The notes under the pieces were generated by a model. That model worked only from the letters and a program-made list of their open reading frames with translations. It ran no database searches and had not been told where the DNA came from. The translations under genes and the position numbers were made by a program. A stretch of 62,106 nt of DNA, counting the filler. It is 6 parts of 6 records of this genome, joined end to end, with 100 filler letters (N's around TTAATTAATTAA, not from the genome) between each part and the next. Parts side by side here need not be neighbours in the genome. Positions count along the whole stretch, not along the records: positions 1 to 12,656 come from SRR20825019_59; positions 12,757 to 34,012 come from SRR20825019_67; 4 more parts are not named here. The stretch is one strand, 5' to 3'. Shown piece after piece: positions 9,703 through 20,422 of this stretch (position 1 is the first letter of the stretch; each line of letters opens with the position of its first letter).

Positions 9703-11697
9703 CTATAGCAAATCTTCATCTACAAAATTTGGAAGTGTTACTTTTAAATTAGGCTCAGCATTCATTGCTCGTTTTATTGCAAAAACAGCTTCTTCATTTC
9801 TTGCCCAGCTTCTTCTAGCTATTCCATTATTTACATCCCAAAATAACATAGATTGTAAACGTTTATCTGCTTCTATAGTACCATCAAGAATCATACCAAA
9901 ACCTCCATTTATAACTTCTCCCCATCCAACGCCACCACCGTTATGAATACTCACCCAGCTGGCACCTCTAAAACTATCACCAATTACATTATGAATAGCC
10001 ATGTCTGCTGTAAAACTAGAACCATCATATATATTAGAGGTTTCTCTGTATGGAGAATCCGTTCCACTAACATCGTGATGATCTCTCCCTAAAATTACAA
10101 AACCTATTTCATTATTTGCTATTGCCTTGTTAAAAGCTTTGGCAATTTCTATTCTTCCTTCTGCATCTGCATATAAAATACGTGCTTGAGAACCAACTAC
10201 AAGCTTATTTTCTTGAGCAGATTTAATCCATTTTATATTATCCTCTAATTGTTTCTGAATTTCCTTTGGAGCTGTTGCTTTTATACGCTCCAGTACTTGA
10301 CAAGCTATAGCATCTGTCTTTTTTAAATCTTGAGGATCTCCACTAGCACACACCCATCTAAAAGGACCAAAACCATAATCAAAACACATAGGTCCCATAA
10401 TATCTTGCACATAACTTGGGTATTTAAAATCGATATTATTTTTTGCCATCACCGCTGCACCTGCACGTGAAGCCTCTAATAAAAAAGCATTTCCATAATC
10501 AAAAAAATACGTTCCTTTTTCTGCATGTCTGTTTATAGCTGCTGCATGTCGGCATAAACTTTCTTGAACTTTAGCTTTAAAGGTTTCGGCATCATTTGCC
10601 ATTAAGGATTGCGATTCTTCAAGAGATAATCCCACAGGATAATACCCTCCAGCCCATGGATTGTGTAAAGAAGTTTGATCGGAACCTAAATCAATATAAA
10701 TATTTTCTTTATCAAATTTCTCCCAAACATCTACTACATTTCCTTGATAAGCTATGGAAACAGTTTGTTTTTGGACTTGTGCTTCCTTTACTCTTTTTGT
10801 TAATTCATCTAAATCAGAAATCACTTCATCTACCCATCCTTGAGAATGCCTTGTCTCTGTTGCCTTCGGATTTACCTCTGCACAAACAGTTATACATCCT
10901 GCAATATTTCCTGCTTTTGGCTGAGCTCCACTCATTCCTCCCAAGCCAGAAGTTACAAAAACACCTCCCTTAGGGTCTTTCTTAATTTTTCTAAATCCGT
11001 TTAAAACCGTAATTGTTGTTCCATGAACAATTCCTTGCGGACCAATATACATATAACTTCCAGCAGTCATTTGTCCATATTGAGTAACTCCAAGCGCGTT
11101 AAATTTCTCCCAATCGTCTTGTGCTGAATAGTTTGGAATCATCATCCCGTTTGTTACCACCACTCTTGGCGCATTTTTATGTGACGGAAATAACCCCATT
11201 GGGTGCCCACTATACATTACCAAGGTTTGCTCATCATTCATTTCGGCCAAATACTTCATCGTTAATCGGTATTGTGCCCAATTTTGAAAAACAGCTCCAT
11301 TCCCTCCATAGGTAATCAACTCATGCGGATGCTGCGCCACTTTTGGATCAAGATTATTCATAATCATCAACATAATTGCAGCAGCATGTTTTGACTTTGC
11401 TGGATATTGATCAATAGGACGTGCATACATTTTATAATCTGGACGAAGTCGATACATGTATATACGACCGTAAGCTTCTAACTCTTCTTTAAATTCTGGA
11501 AGTAATTCTGCATGAAACTTCTTATCAAAATATCGTAATGCATTTTTAAGGGCTAATTTCTTTTCTTCTGAAGTTAAAATATTCTTTCGCTTTGGAGCGT
11601 GATTCACATTTTTATCATATTCCTTTTTAACAGGAAGCACCTCTGGAATCCCAACTAAAATTTCGTTTTCAAAAGTATTTTGGGTATCAATCATCAA
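9703..11697 (-). CDS. hutU: Urocanate hydratase
   Basis: YGQMTAGSYMYIGPQGIVHGT, GLGGMSGAQ, SDQTSLHN and HNGGGVGWG motifs. Confidence 0.97.
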   Translation of the reverse strand: MMIDTQNTFENEILVGIPEVLPVKKEYDKNVNHAPKRKNILTSEEKKLALKNALRYFDKKFHAELLPEFKEELEAYGRIYMYRLRPDYKMYARPIDQYPAKSKHAAAIMLMIMNNLDPKVAQHPHELITYGGNGAVFQNWAQYRLTMKYLAEMNDEQTLVMYSGHPMGLFPSHKNAPRVVVTNGMMIPNYSAQDDWEKFNALGVTQYGQMTAGSYMYIGPQGIVHGTTITVLNGFRKIKKDPKGGVFVTSGLGGMSGAQPKAGNIAGCITVCAEVNPKATETRHSQGWVDEVISDLDELTKRVKEAQVQKQTVSIAYQGNVVDVWEKFDKENIYIDLGSDQTSLHNPWAGGYYPVGLSLEESQSLMANDAETFKAKVQESLCRHAAAINRHAEKGTYFFDYGNAFLLEASRAGAAVMAKNNIDFKYPSYVQDIMGPMCFDYGFGPFRWVCASGDPQDLKKTDAIACQVLERIKATAPKEIQKQLEDNIKWIKSAQENKLVVGSQARILYADAEGRIEIAKAFNKAIANNEIGFVILGRDHHDVSGTDSPYRETSNIYDGSSFTADMAIHNVIGDSFRGASWVSIHNGGGVGWGEVINGGFGMILDGTIEADKRLQSMLFWDVNNGIARRSWARNEEAVFAIKRAMNAEPNLKVTLPNFVDEDLL

Positions 11698-11730
11698 TCT
11701 ATTTTTTATAAAATTGAAATTTTCAATTCG

Positions 11731-11883
11731 TTATCTTCTATTCTTTTTAAAACCATACGGACAATGCCTACATCCATTCTCACAACAATATCCTCTCTTT
11801 AAATGATATTGTTCTGTAAAAACCCGATAGCCCTCAGGCGACAAATAATAATCGCCTTCTTCAGGCTTTAAAATTTTTTTCAT
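11731..11883 (-). CDS. DUF5522-like small Cys-rich protein, 50 aa (not in ORF track)
   Basis: Manual translation MKKILKPEEGDYYLSPEGYRVFTEQYHLKRGYCCENGCRHCPYGFKKNRR*; RGYCCxxGCRHCPY motif. Confidence 0.85.
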   Translation of the reverse strand: MKKILKPEEGDYYLSPEGYRVFTEQYHLKRGYCCENGCRHCPYGFKKNRR

Positions 11884-12029
11884 CTATTGTACTATTCTCA
11901 AAAAAAGTTATAAAAATTATGCTTTTCTTAAATTAAGATTAAAAATAACCGTTATAAATTTTTATAACAGCAAATCCTATTATCTTTACAAAGATAACAG
12001 AAAACTACAGCTCTACTAAAAGCTGCTTT

Positions 12030-12356
12030 ATGATTCTAATTTTTAAATACATTTTTCCTAAAAGATATGTTGGCCTTACACTTTGGCCTGTAATTATCTT
12101 AAAAGAAAATAGACTAAAAGAAGACGATGTGCTTATTAACCATGAGCGAATTCACCTAAAGCAACAATTAGAATTATTTATTCTCCCTTTTTACATTTGG
12201 TATCTAATAGAATGGCTTATTGGCGTAATGCGATTTAGAAATTTTAATGAAGCTTACAGAAATATAAGTTTTGAAAAAGAAGCCTATCAAAATGAGCGAA
12301 ACTTAAATTACATAAAAGAGCGACCATTTTGGGGCTTTTTAAGCTACCTATTTTAA
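12030..12356 (+). CDS. Conserved Bacteroidetes small membrane protein with HExxH
   Basis: INHERIHLKQQ and AYRNISFEKEAY motifs. Confidence 0.75.
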   Translation: MILIFKYIFPKRYVGLTLWPVIILKENRLKEDDVLINHERIHLKQQLELFILPFYIWYLIEWLIGVMRFRNFNEAYRNISFEKEAYQNERNLNYIKERPFWGFLSYLF

Positions 12357-12366
12357 ACGTTCCTCT

Positions 12367-12374
12367 TATCTTTG
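12367..12374 (+). promoter_or_regulatory. Bacteroidetes -7 promoter element
   Basis: TATCTTTG matches TAnnTTTG, upstream of the next gene. Confidence 0.5.
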
Positions 12375-12396
12375 AATTCTATAAAGAGAGATAGTT

Positions 12397-12656
12397 TTGC
12401 ACAACCAAGAAATTGTTCTAGAAGAAACAAAAAATGCCAACGTTCAACTTTTCATCAAACGTGAAGATTTAATCCATCCGTTTATTTCTGGAAACAAGTT
12501 TAGGAAATTAAAATACAATATTGCAGAAGCCAAAAGACTAAATCATGATACTTTATTAACTTTTGGAGGCGCCTATTCCAACCATATTGCTGCTACTGCA
12601 TATGCTGGTTTTGAAAACAATCTAAAAACAATTGGAGTTATTAGAGGGGAAGAGCT
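12397..12656 (+). CDS. ACC deaminase/D-cysteine desulfhydrase family PLP enzyme, N-terminal part
   Basis: IKREDL..SGNKFRKL and TFGGAYSNH motifs; truncated at contig end. Confidence 0.9.
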
Positions 12657-12756
12657 NNNNNNNNNNNNNNNNNNNNNNNNNNNNNNNNNNNNNNNNNNNN
12701 TTAATTAATTAANNNNNNNNNNNNNNNNNNNNNNNNNNNNNNNNNNNNNNNNNNNN
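12657..12756. other. Artificial contig spacer
   Basis: N44-TTAATTAATTAA-N44 (stop codons in all six frames). Confidence 0.98.
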
Positions 12757-12822
12757 TTTAGACATGTAGAAAGTGGAGCTTTGGTCCGTTCATCCTACAA
12801 AGCACATAAGCACATACACTAG
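12757..12822 (+). CDS. lipA: Lipoyl synthase, C-terminal tail (not in ORF track)
   Basis: FRHVESGALVRSSYKAHKHIH*; the RSSY motif marks the LipA C-terminus. Confidence 0.85.
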   Translation, partial: FRHVESGALVRSSYKAHKHIH

Positions 12823-12839
12823 TACGGCACCCCATCATC

Positions 12840-13850
12840 ATGAAAAACATCACTGTTGGTATAAATGGCTTCGGTCGTATAGGTAGAACCCTTTTTAGAC
12901 TTTTGCTCAACCATCCGAACATCAATGTTGTGGCCATTAACGATTTGGCCAATGCCGAAACCTTGGCCCATCTGCTAAAATATGACAGTATCCATGGTGT
13001 GTTGCCCTTTGATGTATCGCATCAAAATGGACATATTCTTGTAGATGACAACAAAATACCGATACTCAATCACAATCATCCAAAAGAAATAGATTGGAAA
13101 TCCCATGGGGTGGATATCGTGGTCGAATCCACTGGAAAATTTAAGACAAAAACGGACTTGGACCTACACATAAAAAATGGGGCCAAAAAAGTAATACTTT
13201 CCGTTCCGCCGTTGGACGACTCTATAAAAATGGTGGTATTGGGCGTAAACGAGGATATCCTGGACAAGGACGACCAAATCATTTCCAACGCGTCCTGCAC
13301 TACCAACAATGCTGCGCCCATGATCAAAGTTATCAACGAACTGTGCGGCATAGAACAAGCGTACATCACAACTGTTCACTCCTACACCTCCGACCAAAGC
13401 CTTCACGATAGTCCCCACAGAGACCTTCGTAGGTCCCGAGCTGCCGGGCAATCCATAATCCCCACCACTACCGGAGCGGCAAAGGCATTGACCAGTATTT
13501 TTCCAGAACTATCAAATGTCATTGGTGGATGTGGCATCCGAGTGCCTGTGCCAAACGGGTCATTGACCGATATTACGTTCAACGTGATACGGGAAACCTC
13601 GATTGAAAAAATAAATGCTACCTTTAAAAGGCAAGCGGAAAACAACCTTAAAGGAATTCTTAATTACACCGAAGACCCTATTGTTTCTATCGACATAAAC
13701 AATAGTTGTTACTCTTGTACGTTTGATTCATTGATGACCTCCGTAATCGGTAAAATGGTAAAGATTATCGGGTGGTACGATAACGAAACTGGATATTGTT
13801 CCAGAATTATTGATTTAATAGCTTTGCTGATAAAGAAAAATTACGTTTGA
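12840..13850 (+). CDS. gap: Type I glyceraldehyde-3-phosphate dehydrogenase
   Basis: GINGFGRIGR, SNASCTTN and WYDNE motifs. Confidence 0.95.
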   Translation: MKNITVGINGFGRIGRTLFRLLLNHPNINVVAINDLANAETLAHLLKYDSIHGVLPFDVSHQNGHILVDDNKIPILNHNHPKEIDWKSHGVDIVVESTGKFKTKTDLDLHIKNGAKKVILSVPPLDDSIKMVVLGVNEDILDKDDQIISNASCTTNNAAPMIKVINELCGIEQAYITTVHSYTSDQSLHDSPHRDLRRSRAAGQSIIPTTTGAAKALTSIFPELSNVIGGCGIRVPVPNGSLTDITFNVIRETSIEKINATFKRQAENNLKGILNYTEDPIVSIDINNSCYSCTFDSLMTSVIGKMVKIIGWYDNETGYCSRIIDLIALLIKKNYV

Positions 13851-16069
13851 TCGCAACCTTATCAAACAAAAGGCCAAGCCTTAAATGGCAGTTTCTACTA
13901 TGCTTAATATTGTGCATACAAACAACTATTGCCCAAAACGACGGCAATTCAGCATCCAATGTCAAGGAGATTTTTAATGATTTTATGAGGTACCGCCACG
14001 AGAACAACGTGGACAAAGCCCTTGAAACGCTGAGCCAAGCCGCCAATATTGCAGAAAGGAATGAAGATTCCAAACTATTGTTGGATACGTATCACCAATA
14101 CGCCAGACTCTTTCTGGAAGAGGGCGATTATGAAACGGCAATTTTTTATTGGGACCGTGCCAGTATATTATTAAAGGACACCTCTTATTCCTTTGGGCAA
14201 GCCTTTCACCTATATCTGGATGCATCCCTTAGATATTCCGAAGGAAACAATTTTCAGGCCCTCAAACAGCTGGAAGAATCAAGAAAGCTAAGCAACAACA
14301 GGAACCTTACCAACAATATTTTGTTGCAAGAAGCTTACATCTACACCAATATAGAAAAATACAATGATGCCATAAAGAACCTTCATGCACTTATCGTCAA
14401 TTCTGATGACAAGGAAAGGGCCTATCTAGCAACCAGGGCCAATCTCCAATTGGCAAAAATAAGCGTTACCCTTAACGACTTGGAAGAAGGAATCGTCCAT
14501 TCCAAAGCTGCGCTGGAGCTAGCAGAAAAACATGGCTTTTCCAAAGAAATCAAAAATGCTTACGAGCAATTGTCCAATATCTACGAAGCAAACGGCAACT
14601 ACTCGGAGTCATTATTGTACGCAAAGGGACTTTCCAAAATGAAGGATTCCATATTCAATGTGGAGAAAGCAAAGCTTGATGCAAATACGGCAGAGAAAGT
14701 ACGATTTGAACACCAAATGAACGAGCTCAACAAACTACAGGCAATAAATGAAGAGTTGAGCGAATCCAAAAACCGTTCAGAGATCACGGCAATATTGACT
14801 TCGGCTTTTTTGACCATAATCTCTTTATTGGCAGTTTCCTTGTTCCGAAACAACCAAATAAAATTAAAGACCAACGACCTGCTCTACACAAAGAACAAAG
14901 AGCTAGAATTGGCGCGTGATGCTGCTGTATCGGCCATGGAGGCGAAAACCAACTTCTTGTCAACAGTAACGCACGAACTGCGAACACCGTTGTACGCTGT
15001 AACCGGGCTCACCCACCTATTGTTGGAGGAGAATCCATCAGAACACCAAAAAGAACACCTAAAATCTTTAAAGTTTTCTGGGGAATACCTACTCAATTTC
15101 ATCAACGATATTCTACAGATAAATAAAATTGATGCAGAAAAGCTGGAACCTCTGAACATCGAGTTCAAGCTACATAAAGTATTGGATGATGTTGTAGAAT
15201 CCCTACAACAAAATGCCCACGAGAAAAAAACAGAACTTATTCTGGACTACGACCCCACAATTCCTAAAAAGTTGATGGGAGACCCGATTAAGCTTTCACA
15301 AATCTTCATGAATTTGGTCGGTAACGCTCTTAAATTCACCAAAAACGGCAGGGTCGAGGTCATAGCCAAAATGCTTAAAAAAGAAGAAGACCAAGTAAAA
15401 ATTTATTTTGAAGTACGGGACAACGGAATCGGTATTTCGGAAGACCAACAAAAAAATATATTCGAAAGTTTTGAGCAGGGGTCCATCCAAATCAATAGGG
15501 AATACGGTGGAACGGGCCTTGGCCTAACAATTGTAAAAAGTCTCTTGGGGCTATTTGGAAGCACCATTCATCTAGAAAGTGAACTGGACCACGGTAGTTC
15601 TTTCTACTTTGAGATGGACTTGGATTATGAGAGCAAAGAAGGGGATGAAATTGCATTCGAGCTCAACCTTGATGAATTTCAGTTCAAAGGGCTGCACGTG
15701 CTCGTAGTAGAGGACAACAAAATAAATCAGGTGATCACCAAAAAAATGCTCACCAAAAAAGAGATTACCTGCGACATTGCCAACAATGGTAACGAAGCCA
15801 TTGATATGGCAAAAAATAATACCTACGATGCCATTCTGATGGACATTCACATGCCCGGTATAAGCGGAGAAGAGGCAACTCGCCAAATCCGTAAGTTTGA
15901 TACGGTTATCCCAATTATAGCACTAACGGCTATTTCTTTGGACGACAGCCTGGACAGTTTCTATGATGCTGGCTGTAACGATGTGGTCACCAAACCTTTT
16001 AAACCTGAAGTATTTTATCAAAAAATTGGTGAAAATATTTTTAGGAGCAAAATGGAAGGTTCCATTTAG
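13847..16069 (+). CDS. TPR-containing hybrid sensor histidine kinase/response regulator
   Basis: TPR-like helices, a TM segment, THELRTPL H-box, NLVGNALKFT, GGTGLGL, and receiver ILMDIHMP...KPF. Confidence 0.92.
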   Translation: MIATLSNKRPSLKWQFLLCLILCIQTTIAQNDGNSASNVKEIFNDFMRYRHENNVDKALETLSQAANIAERNEDSKLLLDTYHQYARLFLEEGDYETAIFYWDRASILLKDTSYSFGQAFHLYLDASLRYSEGNNFQALKQLEESRKLSNNRNLTNNILLQEAYIYTNIEKYNDAIKNLHALIVNSDDKERAYLATRANLQLAKISVTLNDLEEGIVHSKAALELAEKHGFSKEIKNAYEQLSNIYEANGNYSESLLYAKGLSKMKDSIFNVEKAKLDANTAEKVRFEHQMNELNKLQAINEELSESKNRSEITAILTSAFLTIISLLAVSLFRNNQIKLKTNDLLYTKNKELELARDAAVSAMEAKTNFLSTVTHELRTPLYAVTGLTHLLLEENPSEHQKEHLKSLKFSGEYLLNFINDILQINKIDAEKLEPLNIEFKLHKVLDDVVESLQQNAHEKKTELILDYDPTIPKKLMGDPIKLSQIFMNLVGNALKFTKNGRVEVIAKMLKKEEDQVKIYFEVRDNGIGISEDQQKNIFESFEQGSIQINREYGGTGLGLTIVKSLLGLFGSTIHLESELDHGSSFYFEMDLDYESKEGDEIAFELNLDEFQFKGLHVLVVEDNKINQVITKKMLTKKEITCDIANNGNEAIDMAKNNTYDAILMDIHMPGISGEEATRQIRKFDTVIPIIALTAISLDDSLDSFYDAGCNDVVTKPFKPEVFYQKIGENIFRSKMEGSI

Positions 16070-17064
16070 AACAAATCCTCAATAGCTCTTTGTAGTATCA
16101 ATCCATCTTTTTTGGAAAAATTGTGGGCAATTTCCAAAAAGTAGAGCCTATCCACCCTACCCTTTAGCCTAACAAAATCCTTTTCCGTAGTAATAATCAG
16201 TTCATAATCTTTGAATTTGTCAATTTCCGATGCGTTAAAATTATGGTGATCTCCAAACTCAAAATGCTTAAAATCAACTCCCAAGTCATCAAGATAGCTA
16301 ACCAAAGGTCCTGGAGAAGCTATTCCCGTTACCAAAGCCACCTGCCTGCCCTTCAATTCGTTCAATGGTATTTTCTCTTCGCTGCCATCACTTACATAAT
16401 CATGGTAGGCCAAATGGGCAAATAGCACTTTTTGGTGTTTTTCAGGATTTAACTTTGCCTCAATAGCGTTCCTCTCTATGTCATCAATACCTTGTGGACA
16501 CTTTGTGACAATAATCAAATCTGCCCGTTTGGCTTCCTTTTTGGCATCCCGGAGGCTGCCTGTTGGCAAATACCAGTCGTCTACATATAAGTTTTGATAG
16601 GTGGTCAGTAAAATTGAAAAAGTCGGTTTTACCTTTCTGTGCTGAAATGCATCGTCCAAAACAATCACCTCTGGGTTCACCAATTTTTCCAATTTTTCGA
16701 TACCGTTACGTCTATCGGCATCCACAGCAACAGCAACTTCGGGAAATTTTCTATGGATTTGATAAGGTTCATCACCCAGCTCCAGAACAGTGCTTTTGGC
16801 ATCGGCCAAATAGAATCCATCCGATTTGCGCTTATATCCTCGGCTCAGCACCGCAGTGTTTCTTTCCGCCAATATCCTTAATACATATTCGGTCATTGGG
16901 GTTTTTCCCGTTCCCCCCACACTTAGGTTGCCCACACAAATGGTCGGGGTTCGGTACGATTTGGATGAAAAAACACCTGTATCGAACAAGAAGTTTCGAA
17001 CATGTACCACCAAGGCATAGATCAACGAAATGGGGAACGCTATTTTCCGGAGCAATTGAAGCAT
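16066..17064 (-). CDS. lpxK: Tetraacyldisaccharide 4'-kinase
   Basis: VGNLSVGGTGKTP, LSRGYKR and LDDAFQHR motifs; start set at MLQLLRK. Confidence 0.95.
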   Translation of the reverse strand: MLQLLRKIAFPISLIYALVVHVRNFLFDTGVFSSKSYRTPTICVGNLSVGGTGKTPMTEYVLRILAERNTAVLSRGYKRKSDGFYLADAKSTVLELGDEPYQIHRKFPEVAVAVDADRRNGIEKLEKLVNPEVIVLDDAFQHRKVKPTFSILLTTYQNLYVDDWYLPTGSLRDAKKEAKRADLIIVTKCPQGIDDIERNAIEAKLNPEKHQKVLFAHLAYHDYVSDGSEEKIPLNELKGRQVALVTGIASPGPLVSYLDDLGVDFKHFEFGDHHNFNASEIDKFKDYELIITTEKDFVRLKGRVDRLYFLEIAHNFSKKDGLILQRAIEDLF

Positions 17065-17112
17065 TGAACGAAAATATAATATTTTATCTTTAGCCCAATT
17101 AACATTTTTAAA

Positions 17113-18207
17113 ATGACCGTTAACGAAATAGCAAAAGTGCTTGAGGAACTGGCTCCTTTGGCACACGCAGAAGATTTTGACAATGTAGGTTTATTGGTCG
17201 GCGACCCCAATATGAAAGTTCAGGGCCTGCTGGTAACCTTGGACACTCTGGAAAATGTGGTAGACGAGGCCATTGAAAAAAAGTACAACCTTATCGTAAG
17301 CTTTCACCCTATCATTTTTAAAGGATTAAAAAAATTGACAGGAAGCAACTATGTGGAACGTGTGGTACTCAAAGCTGTTGCCAACAACATTGCCATTTAT
17401 AGCATGCACACTGCATTGGATAATAGCAAAATGGGGGTAAATGCCAAAATTTGTGAAGTTTTAGGGCTTAAAAACCCTGAAATCCTTATTCCACGGGCCA
17501 ACAGCATAAAAAAATTGACCACATATGCCCCCATAGCCGATGCTGAAAATATAAAACTGGCCCTGTTCAAAGCTGGCGCCGGCAATCTTGGGAAGTATAG
17601 TAATTGTAGTTATAGTTTGGATGGAATAGGGAGTTTTAAAGCAGAGAACGGAGCCAACCCGGCCGTTGGAAAAATTGGTGAAATACATTCCGAGAAGGAG
17701 ACCCAAATCAATGTAATCTTCTCATTTGAAAAAGAAAAATCCATTTTAAAGGCACTTTTTAACGCCCACCCTTATGAAGAAGTGGCCTATGAAGTACTTA
17801 CCTTGGAGAATACCAATCAAGATTTGGGCATGGGAATGATTGGCGAGCTTGAGACAGAAATGGACGAAAAACAGTTTCTTCTTTTTACCAAAGAACGGAT
17901 GAACGCTTCTATAGTACGCCATTCCAAACTATTGGGAAATAAGGTGAAAAAAGTAGCTGTTTTAGGGGGCAGCGGGGCTTTTGCCATTGGAGCTGCCAAG
18001 AAATCGGGAGCAGATATATACGTTACAGCCGACCTTAAATATCACGATTTTTACCAGGCCGAAAATCAACTGGTCGTGGCCGATATCGGGCACTTTGAAA
18101 CTGAGCAGTTTACAAAAGATTTATTGGTTGATTATCTTACGAAAAAAATTCCTAATTTTGCAGTCTCTTTATCGGAGAGTATAACGAATCCCATCAAGTA
18201 TTTATAA
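17113..18207 (+). CDS. Nif3-like dinuclear metal centre protein
   Basis: DNVGLLVG, HPIIF, HTALD, HPYEE and GHFETE motifs. Confidence 0.93.
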   Translation: MTVNEIAKVLEELAPLAHAEDFDNVGLLVGDPNMKVQGLLVTLDTLENVVDEAIEKKYNLIVSFHPIIFKGLKKLTGSNYVERVVLKAVANNIAIYSMHTALDNSKMGVNAKICEVLGLKNPEILIPRANSIKKLTTYAPIADAENIKLALFKAGAGNLGKYSNCSYSLDGIGSFKAENGANPAVGKIGEIHSEKETQINVIFSFEKEKSILKALFNAHPYEEVAYEVLTLENTNQDLGMGMIGELETEMDEKQFLLFTKERMNASIVRHSKLLGNKVKKVAVLGGSGAFAIGAAKKSGADIYVTADLKYHDFYQAENQLVVADIGHFETEQFTKDLLVDYLTKKIPNFAVSLSESITNPIKYL

Positions 18208-18212
18208 AATAT

Positions 18213-18992
18213 ATGGCGAATAAGAAAGAAAGCACTGTAGAGGACAAATTAAGGGCGCTGTACGATTTACAGCTTATCGACTCCAGAGTGGATGAAATCC
18301 GCAACGTTAGAGGCGAACTACCTTTGGAAGTACAGGACTTGGAAGACGAAGTTCTTGGTCTTAAAACAAGGTTGGACAAATTAAAAACGGACGTTGAAAC
18401 CGTTAACTTTGAGATTACAGCAAAGAAAAACCTTATCGACGAGTCCAAGGCGCTTATCAAAAAATATAGCGAGCAGCAGAAAAATGTTAGGAACAGCCGC
18501 GAGTTCAATTCGTTGACCAAAGAGGTAGAGTTCCAAGAGTTGGAGATTCAGTTGGCCGAAAAGAACATAAAAGAGTTCAAAGCGCAGATTGAGCAGAAAA
18601 AAGAGGTTATCGCACAGACCAAGGAGAAATTGTCTGAGAGAGAAGGTCACCTAAAACATAAAAAAGGTGAATTGGATGCCATTCTTGCCGAAACCGAAAA
18701 AGAAGAAAAAGCTCTTTTGAAAAAATCCGAAGAGTACGAAGAAAAAATCGAAGACCGTTTGGTAAAGGCTTACAAAAGAATCCGACACAACGTGAAAAAC
18801 GGTTTGGCCGTAGTTCCTGTTGAGCGTGGCGCTTCCGGAGGTTCTTTCTTTACCATTCCACCACAGGTACAGGTTGAGATTGCTTCCCGTAAAAAAATCA
18901 TCACCGATGAGCATAGTGGAAGAATCCTGGTCGACCCACTTTTAGCTGAAGAGGAGCAAGATAGAATGGAAAAACTTTTTGCGAAGCTTTAA
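18213..18992 (+). CDS. Coiled-coil protein with C-terminal zf-RING_7-like ribbon (Cys-less Bacteroidetes form)
   Basis: Long coiled coil ending in GLAVVPV..ASGGSF..TDEHSGRIL; lies directly after the nif3-like gene. Confidence 0.85.
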   Translation: MANKKESTVEDKLRALYDLQLIDSRVDEIRNVRGELPLEVQDLEDEVLGLKTRLDKLKTDVETVNFEITAKKNLIDESKALIKKYSEQQKNVRNSREFNSLTKEVEFQELEIQLAEKNIKEFKAQIEQKKEVIAQTKEKLSEREGHLKHKKGELDAILAETEKEEKALLKKSEEYEEKIEDRLVKAYKRIRHNVKNGLAVVPVERGASGGSFFTIPPQVQVEIASRKKIITDEHSGRILVDPLLAEEEQDRMEKLFAKL

Positions 18993-19013
18993 GCTGGTCT
19001 AAAGTAAACTAAT

Positions 19014-19043
19014 AAAAAAGCCACCTTTTTTAGGTGGCTTTTT
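19014..19043. terminator. Bidirectional intrinsic terminator
   Basis: AAAAAAGCCACCT-TTTTT-AGGTGGCTTTTT. Confidence 0.85.
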
Positions 19044-19072
19044 CTTTTGATATAAATACGTTTTAAATCTGC

Positions 19073-20422
19073 TTAACTGTCATTTAAAAGTGCCAATATT
19101 TTTTCCTCCACTTCTTTAGAGTCCCATTTTTCCTCAATATTGGGCATTTGCATCACCTGTTTCATAATTGTTTCTTGCATATCCCCTATCGCCAATGCTT
19201 CGGAATAAGGTCTATCCGAAAAAGTGACACGGCTATATACGGGCACCCATTTTTCCGGATGCTTGGCAGCAAAGTGCTTTTCAATTTTCTTCTGTAACAA
19301 AAATTTTGGGTCGGCCGTTTTACTACTCATCTCCACAAAGTTTCTGTAACTGAGCTCAGCAATCGCGTCCGCATTTGGCTTCCTTTCTTCTTGATATTCA
19401 GAAAAAATAGTATCCCAATCATCTCCATGCTTATCCATAAGCTTATTCAGCACGTAGATATCCTCAAAGCCAGCATTCATCCCTTGTCCATAAAAAGGAA
19501 CTATCGCATGCGCAGAATCGCCTACCAGCGCCACTTTGTCCCAATAGGTCCAAGGGTAGCACTTCATGGTCACCATAGCACTTGTAGGGTGATTAAAAAA
19601 GTCTTTGGTAAGGTCTTCTATGTCTTTGCGCACGTTAGGAAAGTACTTCTTAAAAAACTCCCTAGCATCATTCTCTGTTTTTATGCTCTCAAAAGAAACC
19701 CCTCCTTCAAAAGGTAAAAACAAGGTACAGGTAAAACTACCATCAATATTGGGCATGGCAATGAGCATAAATTCACCACGGGGCCAAATATGGAATGAGT
19801 TCTTGTCCAACTTATGTGTTCCGTCCTCATTTGCAGGTATGGTAAGCTCCTTGTAACCTACATCGATGAAATTCTGGGAATAATTGAACCTGCTACGACG
19901 CTGCATTTTATGACGAACACGGGAAAATGCCCCATCACATCCAAAAATCACATCATACTGATATTCCTTCCATTCACTCTTTTCCGTTTCTCCTGTATAA
20001 ATTTTAGCCTCGGGCAAATCCACGTCCCAGACCTTTTCATTAAATCTAAAAGTGGCTCCTTCTTCCTCGGCCAAGTCTATCATTCGCTTATTCAGGACAC
20101 CTCGGGATATGGACCAAATGGCTTCTCCATCTTTACCATATTTTTGGAAATACATGGGCTTATCGTTCACGTGCATCGCCCGTTTATCCAGTGGAATGGC
20201 AATATCCTTAATTTTATCTCCTATCCCAACCTCATCGAGCGAACGCCAGCCCCTATTGCTCATGGCCAAGTTAATCGACCTTCCTGAAAACTTGATAGTC
20301 CTAATATCCGGTCTCCTATCAAAAACGGTAACCGTATGTCCATTTTTTCGAAGATAAATTGCTAAAAGGGAGCCCACCAATCCGGAACCGATGATGGCTA
20401 TATTTTTTGAAGTCTGTGCCAT
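19073..20422 (-). CDS. kmo: Kynurenine 3-monooxygenase
   Basis: GSGLVG, GRSINLAMS, HIWPR and GDSAHAIVPFYGQGMNAGFED motifs. Confidence 0.93.
   Translation of the reverse strand: MAQTSKNIAIIGSGLVGSLLAIYLRKNGHTVTVFDRRPDIRTIKFSGRSINLAMSNRGWRSLDEVGIGDKIKDIAIPLDKRAMHVNDKPMYFQKYGKDGEAIWSISRGVLNKRMIDLAEEEGATFRFNEKVWDVDLPEAKIYTGETEKSEWKEYQYDVIFGCDGAFSRVRHKMQRRSRFNYSQNFIDVGYKELTIPANEDGTHKLDKNSFHIWPRGEFMLIAMPNIDGSFTCTLFLPFEGGVSFESIKTENDAREFFKKYFPNVRKDIEDLTKDFFNHPTSAMVTMKCYPWTYWDKVALVGDSAHAIVPFYGQGMNAGFEDIYVLNKLMDKHGDDWDTIFSEYQEERKPNADAIAELSYRNFVEMSSKTADPKFLLQKKIEKHFAAKHPEKWVPVYSRVTFSDRPYSEALAIGDMQETIMKQVMQMPNIEEKWDSKEVEEKILALLNDS

Noticed and set aside
12657-12756. Recurring TTAATTAATTAA palindrome as a biological repeat (also at 34057, 45696, 51295, 56636)
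   Set aside because: Always centred in N runs of fixed length; it is an assembly linker with stops in six frames
18213-18992. Zinc-ribbon protein lacking its cysteines
   Set aside because: The Cys-less ASGGS/DEHSGR form is the usual Bacteroidetes variant, not a local anomaly
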